Shown: positions 41,639 to 42,289 of the stretch, one piece after another
Numbering within the stretch: position 1 is the stretch's first letter
Layout of the letters: each line of letters starts with the position of its first letter
Assembly: GCA_964549775.1 (NCBI GenBank)
Contig: CAZJVN010000002.1
Location: forward strand, 1 to 42,289
From: an uncultured archaeon
Lineage (GTDB): Archaea; Iainarchaeota; Iainarchaeia; Iainarchaeales; JAAZKV01
Length of the DNA stretch: 42,289 nt
Reading direction: 5' to 3'
Position numbers and translations under genes: made by a program
The notes under the pieces: generated by a model
Told to the model about the DNA's origin: nothing
What the model saw: only the letters and a program-made list of their open reading frames with translations
Database searches by the model: none

Positions 41639-42289
41639 ATGGGTAAAATGAAAGAATTAATTATAGTGCCTGGAGAAGAGGTAGCTATTGAAGAAGAATA
41701 CGCTGGTGGAAAAAACACTTTCGTAAAATTTGGTAAAATAAAATCTGTGGCAGTAGGACGTGCAGTTTTTGATGAAGGACAAAAAAAGGTTGTTGTTGAA
41801 GGAAAAATTGTTCAAACATTGACAATAAATGATATTGTTTATGGAAAAGTTGTAAAAGTAAAAGACTCAATGGTTCTTGTAGAATTAACTAACGCTGAAA
41901 ATGATAAAAAAATTATTTCAAAAGAAGCAAATTTGCCTGTTAGAAATGTTTCAACAGAATATATTACAAAACTAGATAATTTTTTCAAAATCGGGGACTT
42001 AATTAAAGCAAAAGTTGTTAACGTGAGTCCTTTGGGGATAGACCTTGCAACAAACGAGCAAGGGTTAGGCGTAATTAAAGCGTATTGTAAGGAATGTCGA
42101 ACTGAACTAAGTCACTCAAGCGGAAAACTTTTGTGTTTTAATTGTGGAAGTCAAGAAGAAAGAAAATGGTTTAGTGATGAGCAAAAAGAAAGAGAATTTG
42201 TTCCTCGAAGTAACTTTGGAGATAGTAGAGGATTTAGAGGAAATAACAATTTTAGAGGAAACTTTCGACCACGAGACAATAATAGAAGA
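41639..42289 (+). CDS. csl4: Exosome complex RNA-binding subunit Csl4 (open at the right window edge)
   Basis: Not in the ORF track because no stop is reached. Translation from ATG 41639, which sits behind GGTGAaaat, gives MGKMKELIIVPGEEVAIEEEYAGG.... An S1-like core (DIVYGKVVKVKDSMVLVEL...IGDLIKAKVV) and a zinc ribbon (CKECRTEL...CFNCGS) follow. The end is an RG/N-rich tail (RGFRGNNNFRGNFRPRDNNRR). Confidence 0.85.
   Translation, partial: MGKMKELIIVPGEEVAIEEEYAGGKNTFVKFGKIKSVAVGRAVFDEGQKKVVVEGKIVQTLTINDIVYGKVVKVKDSMVLVELTNAENDKKIISKEANLPVRNVSTEYITKLDNFFKIGDLIKAKVVNVSPLGIDLATNEQGLGVIKAYCKECRTELSHSSGKLLCFNCGSQEERKWFSDEQKEREFVPRSNFGDSRGFRGNNNFRGNFRPRDNNRR

Noticed and set aside
1-42289. Alternative genetic code or stop-codon reassignment, considered because the aRF1 gene is unusual
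   Set aside because: All conserved genes are intact in the standard code. TAA, TAG and TGA are all seen as terminators (for example TGA for kef, TAG for the BofA-like gene, TAA for most others), and no conserved domain is interrupted by an in-frame stop.

Overview
This is a visibly AT-rich archaeal chromosome segment with a Lys-rich proteome and short intergenic spacers. The gene set is dominated by information processing, which suggests a DPANN-type or similarly small-genome archaeon; the lineage is inference. About 40 genes are supportable. They include Top6A (plus a possible Top6B tail), an orphan Mre11-like nuclease, a ThiI/THUMP-like protein, a Kef-type antiporter, an intron-containing tRNA-Cys, uL16/L10e, PEP synthase, Dph2, UMP kinase, aRF1, TruD and a GT4 (AglH/MraY-like) transferase. 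Further on are HEPN-MNT and RelE-like toxin-antitoxin pairs, an S-layer protein, a family-4-like UDG, PAC2, aIF2-alpha and a PCNA-PriL-PriS-GINS replisome operon. The last part holds an ABC/YhgE-Pip exporter with a Cys-rich lipoprotein, a second PCNA, signal peptidase, a SpoIIM-like protein and Csl4, which is open at the right edge. The most notable result is two large LAGLIDADG inteins sitting exactly in catalytic motifs of key enzymes. One splits the universal GGQ motif of release factor aRF1 and carries an embedded XRE-type HTH module. The other sits next to the phospho-histidine of PEP synthase. Also worth follow-up: two divergent PCNA paralogs 5 kb apart, a 70-nt GC-rich intron in tRNA-Cys, low-complexity extensions on uL16 and PyrH, a UDG lacking all Fe-S ligands, and a wHTH / transglutaminase-like / BofA-like envelope module. 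No rRNA, CRISPR array, transposase or integrase was seen.
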